DNA from: Clostridiales bacterium
GTDB lineage: Bacteria; Bacillota; Clostridia; Christensenellales; Borkfalkiaceae
Direction: 5' to 3'
Assembly: GCA_015069485.1 (NCBI GenBank)
Contig: SVIM01000004.1
Location: 4,385 to 68,384, forward strand
Length of the DNA: 64,000 bases
The translations under genes and the position numbers were made by a program. Shown here piece by piece: positions 42,693 to 52,293 of this stretch. The notes under the pieces were generated by a model. The model saw only the letters and a list, made by a program, of their open reading frames with translations, did not search any database and was not told the DNA's origin. Each line of letters opens with the position of its first letter. Position 1 is the first letter of the stretch.

Positions 42693-45600
42693 TTAAACTT
42701 CGTCGTCTTCGTCGAATAAGCTGAACTTATCGTCAAAGTCTTCTTCGTCGTCGTAGTCGTCCAAGTCTTCGTAATCGTCGAAGTCGTCGTCTTCGTCGCC
42801 GTCAGAGAACAATTCTTTAGAAGCAAATTCGTCTTCGTCGTCCGTTTCGAAGATGGATACGAATTCGTCGTCTTCGTCGTCTTCGTCGTCGGCGGAGAAG
42901 TCTAATTCTTCAGGTTCAGACTTATCTTCATCAGTATCCTTTGCTCTAACGGGAGGAACGTAATCGTCTTCGTCGTCAAGTTCTCTAATAATCAACTCGT
43001 CGTTGTTTTCCGTTAATACCTTAACGTCGAGCGCGAGCGATTGTAATTCCTTTAACAATACCTTAAACGCTTCGGGGATACCGGGCTCGGAGATATTGTT
43101 GCCCTTAACGATGGATTCGTAGGTTTTTACACGGCCTACGATATCGTCCGACTTAACGGTTAAAATTTCTTGCAAGATGTGCGCTGCGCCGTATGCTTCG
43201 AGCGCCCAAACTTCCATTTCACCGAAACGCTGACCGCCGAACTGCGCTTTACCGCCGAGGGGCTGTTGAGTTACGAGCGCGTAAGGACCGATGGAACGAG
43301 CGTGGATTTTATCGTCAACGAGGTGGTTAAGCTTAATCATATACTGTACGCCGACGGTAACTCTGTTTTCGAAGGGTTCACCCGTTCTGCCGTCGTATAC
43401 CTGGATTTTGCCGTCAACCTTACCTTCGGGGTTGAGTATGTTGTTTTCTTGGAAAAGCTTTTTAATATCTTTTTCGTTTGCGCCGTCGAATACGGGGGTA
43501 GCAATCTTCCAGCCGAGTTGCTTACAAACTAAACCTAAATGCACTTCGAGAACCTGACCGATATTCATACGGGAAGGAACGCCGAGGGGGTTTAATACGA
43601 TTTGTAAGGGAGTACCGTCTGCAAGGAAGGGCATGTCTGCTTGGGAAAGCACGCGGGAAATAACGCCCTTGTTACCGTGACGGCCCGCCATCTTATCGCC
43701 GACCTGAATTTTACGCTTTTGCGCGATATATACGCGAACGAGTTTGTTTACGCCGGGGGAAAGCTCGTCTTTGTTTTCGCGGGTGAATACCTTTACGTCA
43801 ACTACTATACCGCCTTCACCGTGAGGAACCTTTAAGGAAGTATCTCTAACTTCCCTTGCCTTTTCGCCGAAAATTGCACGGAGAAGTCTTTCTTCGGGGG
43901 TAAGCTCTGCTTCGCCCTTAGGGGTAACCTTACCTACGAGAATATCGCCCGTAGAAACTTCTGCGCCTACTCGTATAATGCCGTTTTCGTCCAAGTCTTT
44001 AAGCGCGTCTTCGCCAACGTTGGGGATATCACGGGTAATTTCTTCTTCGCCGAGCTTGGTATCTCTGGCTTCCGTTTCGAGTTCTTCGATATGGATAGAA
44101 GTAAATACGTCGTTTTGAACGAGCTTTTCGGAAATGAGGATAGCGTCTTCGTAGTTATAGCCTTCCCATTCCATATAGCCGATTAAAATATTTTTACCGA
44201 GAGCGAGCTCGCCGTTGTTAGTTGCGGGGCCGTCTGCAATAATTTCACCTTCTTCCACTCTGTCGCCAGTGTTTACGATAGGACGCTGGTTAAGACAAGT
44301 GGATTGGTTGGAGCGTTCGAACTTTTTAAGCTTATATTCGGTAATGAAGCCGTTATCTTCTTGTACTTTAATTAAGTCGGAGGAAACGCCCACTACTACG
44401 CCCGCCTTTTTAGCGCGAACCATTACGCCCGAATCGCGAGCGATAGCCGCTTCGATACCGGTTGCTACGATAGCAGATTCAGTCTTCATAAGGGGAACTG
44501 CCTGACGTTGCATGTTAGAGCCCATTAACGCACGGTTGGTATCGTCGTTTTCAAGGAAGGGAATAAGCGCGGTTGCAACGGAAACGAGCTGCTTGGGAGA
44601 AACGTCCATATAGTCCATCTTATCAGCGGAAAGCTGAGTGATTAATTCCTTATGACGGCAACCGATATGCTCGTTTAAGAAATGTCCTTTTTCATCCAAG
44701 GGTTCGTTTGCCTGAGCAACGATATATTTATCTTCTTCGTCCGCGGTTAAATAATCTACGTGATCGGTTACGAAAGGTACGCCGCTTTCATCCCTTTCTA
44801 CCTTTCTGTAGGGGGACATAATAAAGCCGTATTCGTTTACGCGGGAGAAGGTTGCAAGTGAGGAAATAAGACCGATATTTTGACCTTCGGGGGTTTCGAT
44901 AGGGCACATTCTGCCGTAGTGAGAGTGGTGAACGTCACGCACTTCGAAGGTTGCTCTGTCACGGTTTAAGCCGCCGGGGCCGAGTGCTGAAAGCTTGCGC
45001 TTGTGGGTGAGCTCTGCCGCGGGGTTGGTTTGGTCCATAAATTGGGAAAGCTGTGAAGAACCGAAGAATTCACGGATTACCGCCGATACGGGACGAACGT
45101 TAACGAGTCCGGAAGGAGTAATTTCCATAGCGTCTTGGGTTGCCATTCTTTCCTTGATTAATTTTTCAAGCCTTGCAATACCTATACGGAGTTGGTTTTG
45201 TAACAATTCGCCAACGGAACGAACGCGACGGTTGCCGAGGTGGTCGATATTGTCGATAGTGCCGATACCGTACTGCAAGTCGATATTAGTGGAGATGGAC
45301 GCAACGATATCGTCCACGGTGATATGTTTGTGGTTTAATTTTTCGATAACGGGCTTAATCGTCTTCTTTTCTTCGGCGTCAAGCTCGGTAACGTCGCTAT
45401 TAATAAGAGCATAGAAAAGCTTACAAGCTGCAACGAACTTGTTTCTTTGTTCCCTTCTCTTTTCTCTGTTCTTCTTTTCTTCAGGGCGTTCGTCTTCCGT
45501 TTCGTAAACTTCTACGGTGTAGTAAATAGAGTTGATTTCGTCAATATACTTATCCGCAACCTCTTCAATAGACAACGAATCGCATTCTTGCGCAATTTGT

Positions 45601-46727
45601 TGCATAAATTTAAAGTTAGGATAGTAAATCGTGGGAAGAAGCCCGAATATTTTAGGATCTTTTTGCGAAACTGCCGTAAAGTTTACGGTGTTGTTTGCAA
45701 TAATTTTATGCTTAATTTCGCCCTGTTCCGCATCGGAAACTAATACGAATACTTCGTTGATACCTGCATCTTGAATTTCAACAGCCTTAACGCCGTCAAC
45801 GATTTCGCCTGCGCGGGCTAAAATTTCTCCCGTTTCGGGATTTACGATATCTTCTGCAAGCTTGCATCCTGCAAGACGGTACGCAAGGTTAAGCTTTTTG
45901 TTGAACTTATATCTACCAACCTTAACGACGTCGTATCTTCTAGGGTCGAAGAAAAGGTTGTTTAAGTGTTGTTTTACAGATGCTTCGGTGGGTACTTCAC
46001 CGGGACGAAGGCGTCTGTAAAGCTCAATCAAGCCGTCGGATTCGGATTTAGTGGTATCTTTAGCGATAGTGTTTTCGATCATCTTATCGCCGGCGAATAA
46101 GTTTAATAACGCCCTGTCAGAGCCGAAGCCGAGTGCGCGCAAAAGAACGGTTGCACAAATTTTACGCTTTCTGTCTACGTGAACCCACATAACACCCTGT
46201 GCGTCCTGCTCGAGCTCGAGCCATGCGCCACGGTTGGGAATTACGGTAGTACCGAACATTTCCTTACCGGTTTTATCGACGGTTTTCGCGTTATATACAC
46301 CGGGGGAACGAACGAGCTGGGAAACGATAACGCGCTCTGCACCGTTAATAATGAAGGAACCGCTATCAGTCATAAGGGGGAATTCGCCCATAAATACGGG
46401 TTGGTCGATTACCTCGTCCTTAACCTTGTTTACCAAACGAACGGTTACGTGCAAGGGAAGCGCGTAGGTTGCGTCGCGGTTTCTGCATTCCTTTTCGTCA
46501 TACTTAGGGGTTTTGTCGAACCAGTGATTTAAAAAATATAGTTCGTAGTGATCGGAATAGTCGGTTATAGGGGAAAAGTCTTCAAAAACTTCAGCAATGC
46601 CTTCGTTAATAAACGATTCGTAGCTGGACTTTTGAATTTCAACGAGATCGGGGATATCGATTACTTCGTTAATTTTACCGAACTTTCTTCTTTCTGTTTT
46701 GCCATACTTGTGAACGGGTAAATTCAT
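42693..46727 (-). CDS. rpoB: DNA-directed RNA polymerase subunit beta, with a lineage-specific insertion and an extended poly-acidic C-terminal tail
   Basis: 1,344 aa. Conserved blocks include [18 protein letters not shown] and [12 protein letters not shown]. The tail of about 97 aa is very rich in D and E. Confidence 0.98.
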   Translation of the reverse strand: MNLPVHKYGKTERRKFGKINEVIDIPDLVEIQKSSYESFINEGIAEVFEDFSPITDYSDHYELYFLNHWFDKTPKYDEKECRNRDATYALPLHVTVRLVNKVKDEVIDQPVFMGEFPLMTDSGSFIINGAERVIVSQLVRSPGVYNAKTVDKTGKEMFGTTVIPNRGAWLELEQDAQGVMWVHVDRKRKICATVLLRALGFGSDRALLNLFAGDKMIENTIAKDTTKSESDGLIELYRRLRPGEVPTEASVKQHLNNLFFDPRRYDVVKVGRYKFNKKLNLAYRLAGCKLAEDIVNPETGEILARAGEIVDGVKAVEIQDAGINEVFVLVSDAEQGEIKHKIIANNTVNFTAVSQKDPKIFGLLPTIYYPNFKFMQQIAQECDSLSIEEVADKYIDEINSIYYTVEVYETEDERPEEKKNREKRREQRNKFVAACKLFYALINSDVTELDAEEKKTIKPVIEKLNHKHITVDDIVASISTNIDLQYGIGTIDNIDHLGNRRVRSVGELLQNQLRIGIARLEKLIKERMATQDAMEITPSGLVNVRPVSAVIREFFGSSQLSQFMDQTNPAAELTHKRKLSALGPGGLNRDRATFEVRDVHHSHYGRMCPIETPEGQNIGLISSLATFSRVNEYGFIMSPYRKVERDESGVPFVTDHVDYLTADEEDKYIVAQANEPLDEKGHFLNEHIGCRHKELITQLSADKMDYMDVSPKQLVSVATALIPFLENDDTNRALMGSNMQRQAVPLMKTESAIVATGIEAAIARDSGVMVRAKKAGVVVGVSSDLIKVQEDNGFITEYKLKKFERSNQSTCLNQRPIVNTGDRVEEGEIIADGPATNNGELALGKNILIGYMEWEGYNYEDAILISEKLVQNDVFTSIHIEELETEARDTKLGEEEITRDIPNVGEDALKDLDENGIIRVGAEVSTGDILVGKVTPKGEAELTPEERLLRAIFGEKAREVRDTSLKVPHGEGGIVVDVKVFTRENKDELSPGVNKLVRVYIAQKRKIQVGDKMAGRHGNKGVISRVLSQADMPFLADGTPLQIVLNPLGVPSRMNIGQVLEVHLGLVCKQLGWKIATPVFDGANEKDIKKLFQENNILNPEGKVDGKIQVYDGRTGEPFENRVTVGVQYMIKLNHLVDDKIHARSIGPYALVTQQPLGGKAQFGGQRFGEMEVWALEAYGAAHILQEILTVKSDDIVGRVKTYESIVKGNNISEPGIPEAFKVLLKELQSLALDVKVLTENNDELIIRELDDEDDYVPPVRAKDTDEDKSEPEELDFSADDEDDEDDEFVSIFETDDEDEFASKELFSDGDEDDDFDDYEDLDDYDDEEDFDDKFSLFDEDDEV

Positions 46728-46957
46728 CAGAACAAAATACTCCTTTAAAGTTTGAATTTATTTGCACATTGTGGCGATTATCCGTATATATCTTTTCACC
46801 GGAAAAAATCTAATGTTACCGAAAATTAGCGCACTTTTTTAAGCCGTGCGAAAGCCCTTTATATTTTTTAAAAAAATTTTTTTTGGGTATTGACAAATTT
46901 TTAGGCTTGCCGTTGAAAAAAATTTTTATGAAAATTAATAAAACTATTTGTGTGTAC

Positions 46958-46986
46958 TTTACAAATTTATAAATATAGTGTATAAT
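46958..46986 (+). promoter_or_regulatory. Promoter-like element upstream of rqcP
   Basis: TTTACA (46958-46963), 17 nt, TATAAT (46981-46986). It would give a leader of about 150 nt. Confidence 0.4.
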
Positions 46987-47142
46987 TTGCAATAGTTTAG
47001 TGGTTTTTTTCGTCGAACTTTGACGCTTGATTTTTTGCTAAATTTTGGTAAAAAACGCAAAAAGGGCAAATTACGCATTATAATATACTTTACCATTATA
47101 AAATAGTAAATTTTCGTTGTCAAGCGTTTTTTTGGTATAATT

Positions 47143-47385
47143 ATGAGAATAGATAAATTTTTAAAGGTTTCGAGAATTTTAAAGCGCAGAACCGTTGCGC
47201 AGGAAGCGTGCGACAACGGAAAGGTTTTGGTAAATTTTAAAGAAGTAAAGCCTTCACACAGAATAAAAGCGGGCGATACGGTGGAAATTGTTTATAGAAC
47301 GGGCTCGCTTAAATTTAAAATTTTAGAAGTAAAGGAGCACGTTAAAAAGGACGAAGCAGCCTCCCTTTACGAGGTTATTGAATAA
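47143..47385 (+). CDS. rqcP: S4-domain RNA-binding protein, RqcP (YabO)-like ribosome quality control factor
   Basis: 80 aa. MRIDKFLKVSRILKRRTVAQEACDNGKVLVN closely resembles B. subtilis YabO as I remember it. No obvious SD lies upstream. Confidence 0.75.
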   Translation: MRIDKFLKVSRILKRRTVAQEACDNGKVLVNFKEVKPSHRIKAGDTVEIVYRTGSLKFKILEVKEHVKKDEAASLYEVIE

Positions 47386-47403
47386 TTGTTTAGGAGTATA
47401 GTA

Positions 47404-48447
47404 TTGGAAAAAGTAAAACGCGAAAACAAATACGGGCTTAAGCTTTCAAACTTTATAATGCTTATAATAGCCGGGGCAATTAACGCCGTGGGCGTAACTT
47501 TATTGCTTGCCCCGCTTAATTTATACGATAGCGGTATTTCGGGGTTATCTATGTTTATCGATATGATTCTACCCTTCGAAACCTCGATGCTGTGGCTATT
47601 TTTAATCGTATTAAACTTCCCCATATTTTTATTTGGGCTTAAAATGCAGGGCGTAGCCTTTACCATTTATTCCATTTTTGCAATTACTATGTATTCACTT
47701 TTTGCAGCGCTGTACCAAAATATTTTACCCTTGTTTATCACTTTTACGGAAGGTGAATCGATTATAGCGGGCGGTGAAATAATTTTATGCGCCGTATTCG
47801 GCGGCGGGCTTTCGGGCGTGGGAAGCGGTATGACTATTCGCTACGGCGGAGCTTTGGACGGAATTGAACAGCTGGCGGTAATTTTTGCAAAAAGGCTTAA
47901 CCTTACGGTAGGAAACTTCGTAATGATTTTTAACGTAATTTTATATATTGTTATCGGAGCGTACTTCCAGTCGTTTATTCTTCCCCTTTATTCTATCGTT
48001 GCTTACTTCGTAGCGTCCAAGGCGGTGGACTTTATTTCACAGGGGATTGACCAAGCAAAGGGCGCGCTTATTATTACTAACCATTACGACGAGGTTGCGG
48101 CGGCGCTATCCTCGGAATTCGGTAGGGGACTTACCGTTTTAGACGCAAAGGGATATTATTCAAACACCCACAAAAGCGTAATATATTGCGTTGTAAACCG
48201 CTTTCAGGTGGCAAAATTAAGGAACATTATCGCCGCTACCGACAAGCGAGCCTTCGTTACCATTATGGAAATAGCCGACGTATTTGGCACAAGCGTAAAA
48301 TACAGCCGTGCTGACGATAAGAAGAGAAGAAAAAAATTAAAGGAACAAAAAGCCGAGCACAAGGCGGAAATTAAAGCTGAAAGGCTACAAAAAAGGGAAG
48401 AACAAATTTCAATTAACGAATTTTTAACGGACGGTAATAAAAAATGA
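47404..48447 (+). CDS. YitT family membrane protein (with C-terminal DUF2179-like domain)
   Basis: About 5 TM segments, then a soluble domain LIITNHYDEVAAALSSEFGRGLTVLDAKGYYS, then a basic tail. The start is uncertain. TTG 47404 has AGGAG 7 nt upstream, whereas the track uses TTG 47386. Confidence 0.8.
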   Translation: MEKVKRENKYGLKLSNFIMLIIAGAINAVGVTLLLAPLNLYDSGISGLSMFIDMILPFETSMLWLFLIVLNFPIFLFGLKMQGVAFTIYSIFAITMYSLFAALYQNILPLFITFTEGESIIAGGEIILCAVFGGGLSGVGSGMTIRYGGALDGIEQLAVIFAKRLNLTVGNFVMIFNVILYIVIGAYFQSFILPLYSIVAYFVASKAVDFISQGIDQAKGALIITNHYDEVAAALSSEFGRGLTVLDAKGYYSNTHKSVIYCVVNRFQVAKLRNIIAATDKRAFVTIMEIADVFGTSVKYSRADDKKRRKKLKEQKAEHKAEIKAERLQKREEQISINEFLTDGNKK

Positions 48448-49586
48448 TAACCGCAATTATTTGCGCTGCCGGCAAGGGCGAAAGGGCGGGCTTTAACAAG
48501 AACAAGGTTTTAGCACCCCTTTTTGGCGAGCCGGTGCTTTACCTTACATTAAAAAAATTTAATATTGAGTACATTGACGAGATAATAGTTACCTGTTCCC
48601 CCCAAGATATGACGGAAATATCGGCAATTTGCAAGCCCTTTAACGCCAAAGTCGTTTTAGGGGGAGCGACCAGGACGGAAAGCGTTTTTTGCGCCCTTAA
48701 GGAAGCGTTAGGCGATATCGTTTTAATACACGACGGCGCAAGACCTTTCGTTTCGGAAAAAATTATTTTGGATTGTATAAAAAGCGTAAAAGCGCACGGA
48801 AGCGGAATTTGCTGTACGCCCTTGACGGATACTGCAATAATTTCAAATAGCGGAAAAACCGTTGATAAAGCCGTAGACAGAAGCACACTTTTTGCCGTAC
48901 AAACACCGCAGGGCTTTTTGACGAAAGATATTATTAGGGCGCATACTATGGCGCAATTAAGCGGTTTAACCTTTACTGACGACAGCGCAATTTATTCTAA
49001 ATACATTGCCCCTGCACGCTTATTTGAAGGCGAAAGCGCAAACAAAAAACTTACCTTTAAAAACGATTTTTACACCCTTCCCCCACTTAATATTTCCGGC
49101 GATATAAAAATTGGCTACGGCGTTGACACGCACGCTTTTGGTAGCGAAAACAATTTCGTTACGCTTTGCGGAGAAAAAATTGAGTGCGATAATGGCCTTA
49201 TTGCCCACAGCGACGGCGACGTTGCAGTACACGCGGTTATGGATGCGATTTTATCGGGCGCGGGGCTTAAGGATATTGGGCACTACTTCCCCGACACGGA
49301 CGAAAAATTTAAGGGCGCAAGTAGCCTTAAAATGCTTGAAAAGGTTGTTGAATTAGCGTTAGATAAGGGATATTGCGTGGGCAATTTAAGCTTGACCATA
49401 CAAGCGGAAAAACCTCGACTTGCAAAACACATTGATAAAATGGTAAAAAATTTGGCTACCGTTTTACAGATTGAAGATAAAAATATAACGGTTTCGGCAG
49501 GCACCTGCGAAGGCTTGGGCTTCGTTGGCGAAGGCTTGGGAATATGCGCGACCGCCGTAGCTTGCCTTAAAACGGCGACGGTTTAA
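48444..49586 (+). CDS. ispDF: Bifunctional IspD/IspF (MEP cytidylyltransferase / MEcPP synthase)
   Basis: IspD N-terminus: ITAIICAAGKGERAG. IspF half: GYGVDTHAF...HSDGDVAVHA... Confidence 0.93.
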   Translation: MITAIICAAGKGERAGFNKNKVLAPLFGEPVLYLTLKKFNIEYIDEIIVTCSPQDMTEISAICKPFNAKVVLGGATRTESVFCALKEALGDIVLIHDGARPFVSEKIILDCIKSVKAHGSGICCTPLTDTAIISNSGKTVDKAVDRSTLFAVQTPQGFLTKDIIRAHTMAQLSGLTFTDDSAIYSKYIAPARLFEGESANKKLTFKNDFYTLPPLNISGDIKIGYGVDTHAFGSENNFVTLCGEKIECDNGLIAHSDGDVAVHAVMDAILSGAGLKDIGHYFPDTDEKFKGASSLKMLEKVVELALDKGYCVGNLSLTIQAEKPRLAKHIDKMVKNLATVLQIEDKNITVSAGTCEGLGFVGEGLGICATAVACLKTATV

Positions 49587-49643
49587 AAAATTAACTTTAA
49601 GGGGCGAAATATCGCCCCACTAACTTTATATAAGGTATATATT

Positions 49644-51008
49644 ATGGCAAAAACTACTACATTGTTTGCTTGCACGGAGTGTGGCGCAACAAGCCCGAGA
49701 TGGCTTGGCAAATGCCCCGCGTGCGGAAAATTTAATACTATGGCTGAAGAAATAATTTATAATAAAGCCACGGCAAACGATAAAAACACCCGCACATATG
49801 GCGCAGCGAAGGCAAAACCTCTTTCGCAAATCGCCTTTGAAAAAGTTACGAGAACTCCTTCAGGAATTTCGGAATTCGACACGGTTTTAGGGGGCGGAAT
49901 TGTAAACGGCTCGCTCGTTTTACTCGGTGGCGACCCCGGTATTGGCAAATCGACGATTCTTACGCAAATAGCGGCACACCTTTCAAGCAACCATAAGGTT
50001 TTATACTTTTCGGCAGAGGAAAGCTGTTATCAGGTTAAGATGCGCGCGGAGCGTCTTGGTTTAAAATCGGATAACCTTTTGCTTATTAATTCCACTTGCA
50101 TTGACGAGCTTGAAAACGAATTAGACGGCGTGGAGTTTTGCGTTATCGACTCTATTCAAGCCGTTTACACGGACGATTTATCTTCTTCTGCAGGCTCGGT
50201 TGGGCAGGTTAGAGAGTGTGCCTCCAAGCTAATGCGAATTGCAAAAAGCAAGGGAATAACCTTTTTTATAATAGGGCACGTAACCAAGGAAGGCGCGCTT
50301 GCAGGCCCTAAGGTTTTAGAGCATATTATGGATACCGTGCTTTATTTTGAAGGGGAAAACCAAGAAAATTTTAGAATTTTACGCGCTGTTAAAAATAGGT
50401 TTGGCAACGTTTCGGAAGTAGGTGTTTTTGAAATGACGGGCGAAGGAATTATCGCCGTTACCGACTATTCGGGCATATTTTTATCGGAAAGCCGAGGCGA
50501 GGAAGCAGGCTCGGTTGTAACGCCTGCGCAAACCGGCAATAGGTGTATGAACGTAGAAATTCAAACGCTTATATCAAAAACCTCGTTTGGGCAACCGAGA
50601 AGGATGCCCTTGGGCGTTGACTATAATAAGTTGGTACTACTTTTGGCAGTTTTAGATAAGAGATGCGGAATTAATTTATCGACCTACGACGTTTACTTAA
50701 ACGCGATGGGCGGAATTAAGCTTAGCGAGCCTGCAACTGATTTGGCAGTATGCGCAGCGCTTGCCTCCGCTTACTTTGGACAACCGATTGACAAATACAC
50801 GGCTGCCTTTGGCGAGGTTGGTTTAACGGGCGAGGTAAGGGCGGTATCGTATGCAGAAAAGCGTGTTGCCGAGTGCGTAAAAATGGGATTTAAAAAGGTT
50901 TTAGTGCCCGCTAAAAATATGAAGTCTATGACGAAGTTTATGGACAAAATAAAAATCGTTCCCGTTTTATACTTAAATACAATGATTAAAAATTTGTTTA
51001 AAGATTAA
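49644..51008 (+). CDS. radA: DNA repair protein RadA/Sms
   Basis: Zinc finger CTECGATSPRWLGKCPACGKFNT, Walker A GGDPGIGKSTIL, KNRFG motif, and a Lon-like C-terminal domain. Confidence 0.96.
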   Translation: MAKTTTLFACTECGATSPRWLGKCPACGKFNTMAEEIIYNKATANDKNTRTYGAAKAKPLSQIAFEKVTRTPSGISEFDTVLGGGIVNGSLVLLGGDPGIGKSTILTQIAAHLSSNHKVLYFSAEESCYQVKMRAERLGLKSDNLLLINSTCIDELENELDGVEFCVIDSIQAVYTDDLSSSAGSVGQVRECASKLMRIAKSKGITFFIIGHVTKEGALAGPKVLEHIMDTVLYFEGENQENFRILRAVKNRFGNVSEVGVFEMTGEGIIAVTDYSGIFLSESRGEEAGSVVTPAQTGNRCMNVEIQTLISKTSFGQPRRMPLGVDYNKLVLLLAVLDKRCGINLSTYDVYLNAMGGIKLSEPATDLAVCAALASAYFGQPIDKYTAAFGEVGLTGEVRAVSYAEKRVAECVKMGFKKVLVPAKNMKSMTKFMDKIKIVPVLYLNTMIKNLFKD

Positions 51009-51037
51009 ACCTTGACTCTTAACGATATTATATATAA

Positions 51038-51079
51038 CTACGCCTCCGAGCTATTTTGCTCGGCGGCGTAGTTTTTTTT
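51038..51079 (+). terminator. Rho-independent terminator after radA
   Basis: CTACGCCTCCGAGC pairs with GCTCGGCGGCGTAG (one mismatch). TTTTTTTT follows. Confidence 0.75.
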
Positions 51080-51122
51080 AAAGCGCTATGCGCTTACAGC
51101 TATACACTCCCCTTTCCTACTT

Positions 51123-51151
51123 TTAACCGCCATATACCTTACTGCGCTAAT
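51123..51151 (-). repeat. Copy (reverse orientation, degenerate) of the recurrent AT-core palindrome element
   Basis: The reverse complement reads ATTAGCGCAGTAAGGTATATGGCGGTTAA. Confidence 0.4.
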
Positions 51152-51264
51152 ATTTACTTTTATATTGAATATCGTTCAAATAATACATATTTCCACATTT
51201 TACCATAAATTTTTTGCATATTAAGTAATGCTTTGTAGCAAGATAATTTGTACGGAGGAACACT

Positions 51265-51903
51265 ATGCAGTTTGACGAAACCAAGACTTACAAAAACTTA
51301 GCGAGAAGCTTCGCAGGGGAATCGCAAGCCGGAATGCGCTATCAAATAACTGCAAGGCTTGCGCAAGAGCAAGGCTATGCAGAGCTTAGCAAAACTATTA
51401 AAATGCTTGCAAAGAACGAAACGGAGCACGCAAGACGCTTTTTTGAGGAGCTTAACAAAAGGGGAAAGATGCTTGAAAATATTAATTTGGACGCAGGCTA
51501 CCCCTTTCACGGCGGCACGCTTGAGGAGTGCTTAAAAAACGCAGCGAAGGATGAACACGAGGAACACAGTAGAATTTACCCTGCGTTTGCTAAGGACGCC
51601 GAAGACGAAGGCTTTAAGGACGTTGCCGCTTTGTATAGGCTTATAGCCAAGGTAGAAAAGCATCACGAGCAAATTTTTTGCTACCTTTACGAAGCGTTTA
51701 AAAAAGGCGCTTTATACAAGAACGAATCGCCTATGCTTTATATTTGTAGCGAGTGCGGACACATGCACACCGCAACCAAGGCTTGGGATATTTGCCCGCT
51801 TTGTGGGGCAAGCCAAGGATTCGTTGAGCTGCACCTTCCGTATAAGCAGGTTGGACCTAATTCTACCGAGTGCTGTTTTGAAAGAATAAACGAGAATATT
51901 TAG
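51265..51903 (+). CDS. rbr: Rubrerythrin
   Basis: Diiron ferritin-like motifs ETEHARRF and EEHSRIY...EKHHEQ. A C-terminal rubredoxin-type CSECGH...CPLCG is also present. Confidence 0.92.
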   Translation: MQFDETKTYKNLARSFAGESQAGMRYQITARLAQEQGYAELSKTIKMLAKNETEHARRFFEELNKRGKMLENINLDAGYPFHGGTLEECLKNAAKDEHEEHSRIYPAFAKDAEDEGFKDVAALYRLIAKVEKHHEQIFCYLYEAFKKGALYKNESPMLYICSECGHMHTATKAWDICPLCGASQGFVELHLPYKQVGPNSTECCFERINENI

Positions 51904-51927
51904 GTCCACCTAAAATAAGGAGAGTTT

Positions 51928-52041
51928 ATGAAAAACAACAATGAAAACAAGCAACAGAGCAACCAGAGCAAGAACAAGAGCCAAAGCAACAAAAACAAAA
52001 CCTCTGACTGCGGAAACAAAAGCTCGAAAAGCTGCAATTAA
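51928..52041 (+). CDS. Candidate 37-aa N/K/Q/S-rich small protein with two C-terminal Cys; overlaps track ORF 51941-52138 in another frame
   Basis: AAGGAG lies 5 nt upstream of ATG 51928. Translation: MKNNNENKQQSNQSKNKSQSNKNKTSDCGNKSSKSCN. The competing +1 frame (ATG 51941) has no SD. Confidence 0.3.
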   Translation: MKNNNENKQQSNQSKNKSQSNKNKTSDCGNKSSKSCN

Positions 52042-52165
52042 TTTTGCGTTTTTTAGCAAAGACGACCCTAACGGCAGTTACACGGGCGTACCACAAAACG
52101 TTAACGATACGCCGGTTCAGGACGTTGACGATTTGTAAAAATTTATAATTTCGTAAACACTGCCA

Positions 52166-52196
52166 AAAGGGCGCGGGACATTGTCCCGCGCCCTTT
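52166..52196. terminator. Bidirectional terminator between the small ORF and ftsY
   Basis: 14-bp stem: AAAGGGCGCGGGAC (52166-52179) pairs with GTCCCGCGCCCTTT (52183-52196). Confidence 0.7.
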
Positions 52197-52211
52197 AACC
52201 GCTATATTTAA

Positions 52212-52282
52212 TAATTAACCGCATACTATGCGCCATCTATTAGGATTTAGAGCATGCTATGCCCCATCTATTAGGCTTAATA
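52212..52282 (-). repeat. Two tandem 31-nt variant copies of the recurrent element downstream of ftsY
   Basis: GCATACTATGCGCCATCTATTAGGATTTAGA (52221-52251) and GCATGCTATGCCCCATCTATTAGGCTTAATA (52252-52282). TTAATTAACC flanks them at 52212-52220. Confidence 0.5.
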
Positions 52283-52293
52283 GTGCACGCGCT

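Noticed and set aside
46778-46786. DnaA-box-like TTATCCGTA in the rpoB leader
   Set aside because: It has two mismatches to TTATCCACA and occurs only once, so it is probably chance.
46959-47216. 85-aa minus-strand ORF in the rpoB upstream region
   Set aside because: It lies in AT-rich promoter DNA and overlaps the rqcP start. It has no RBS, and its basic low-complexity translation is typical of AT-rich non-coding sequence.
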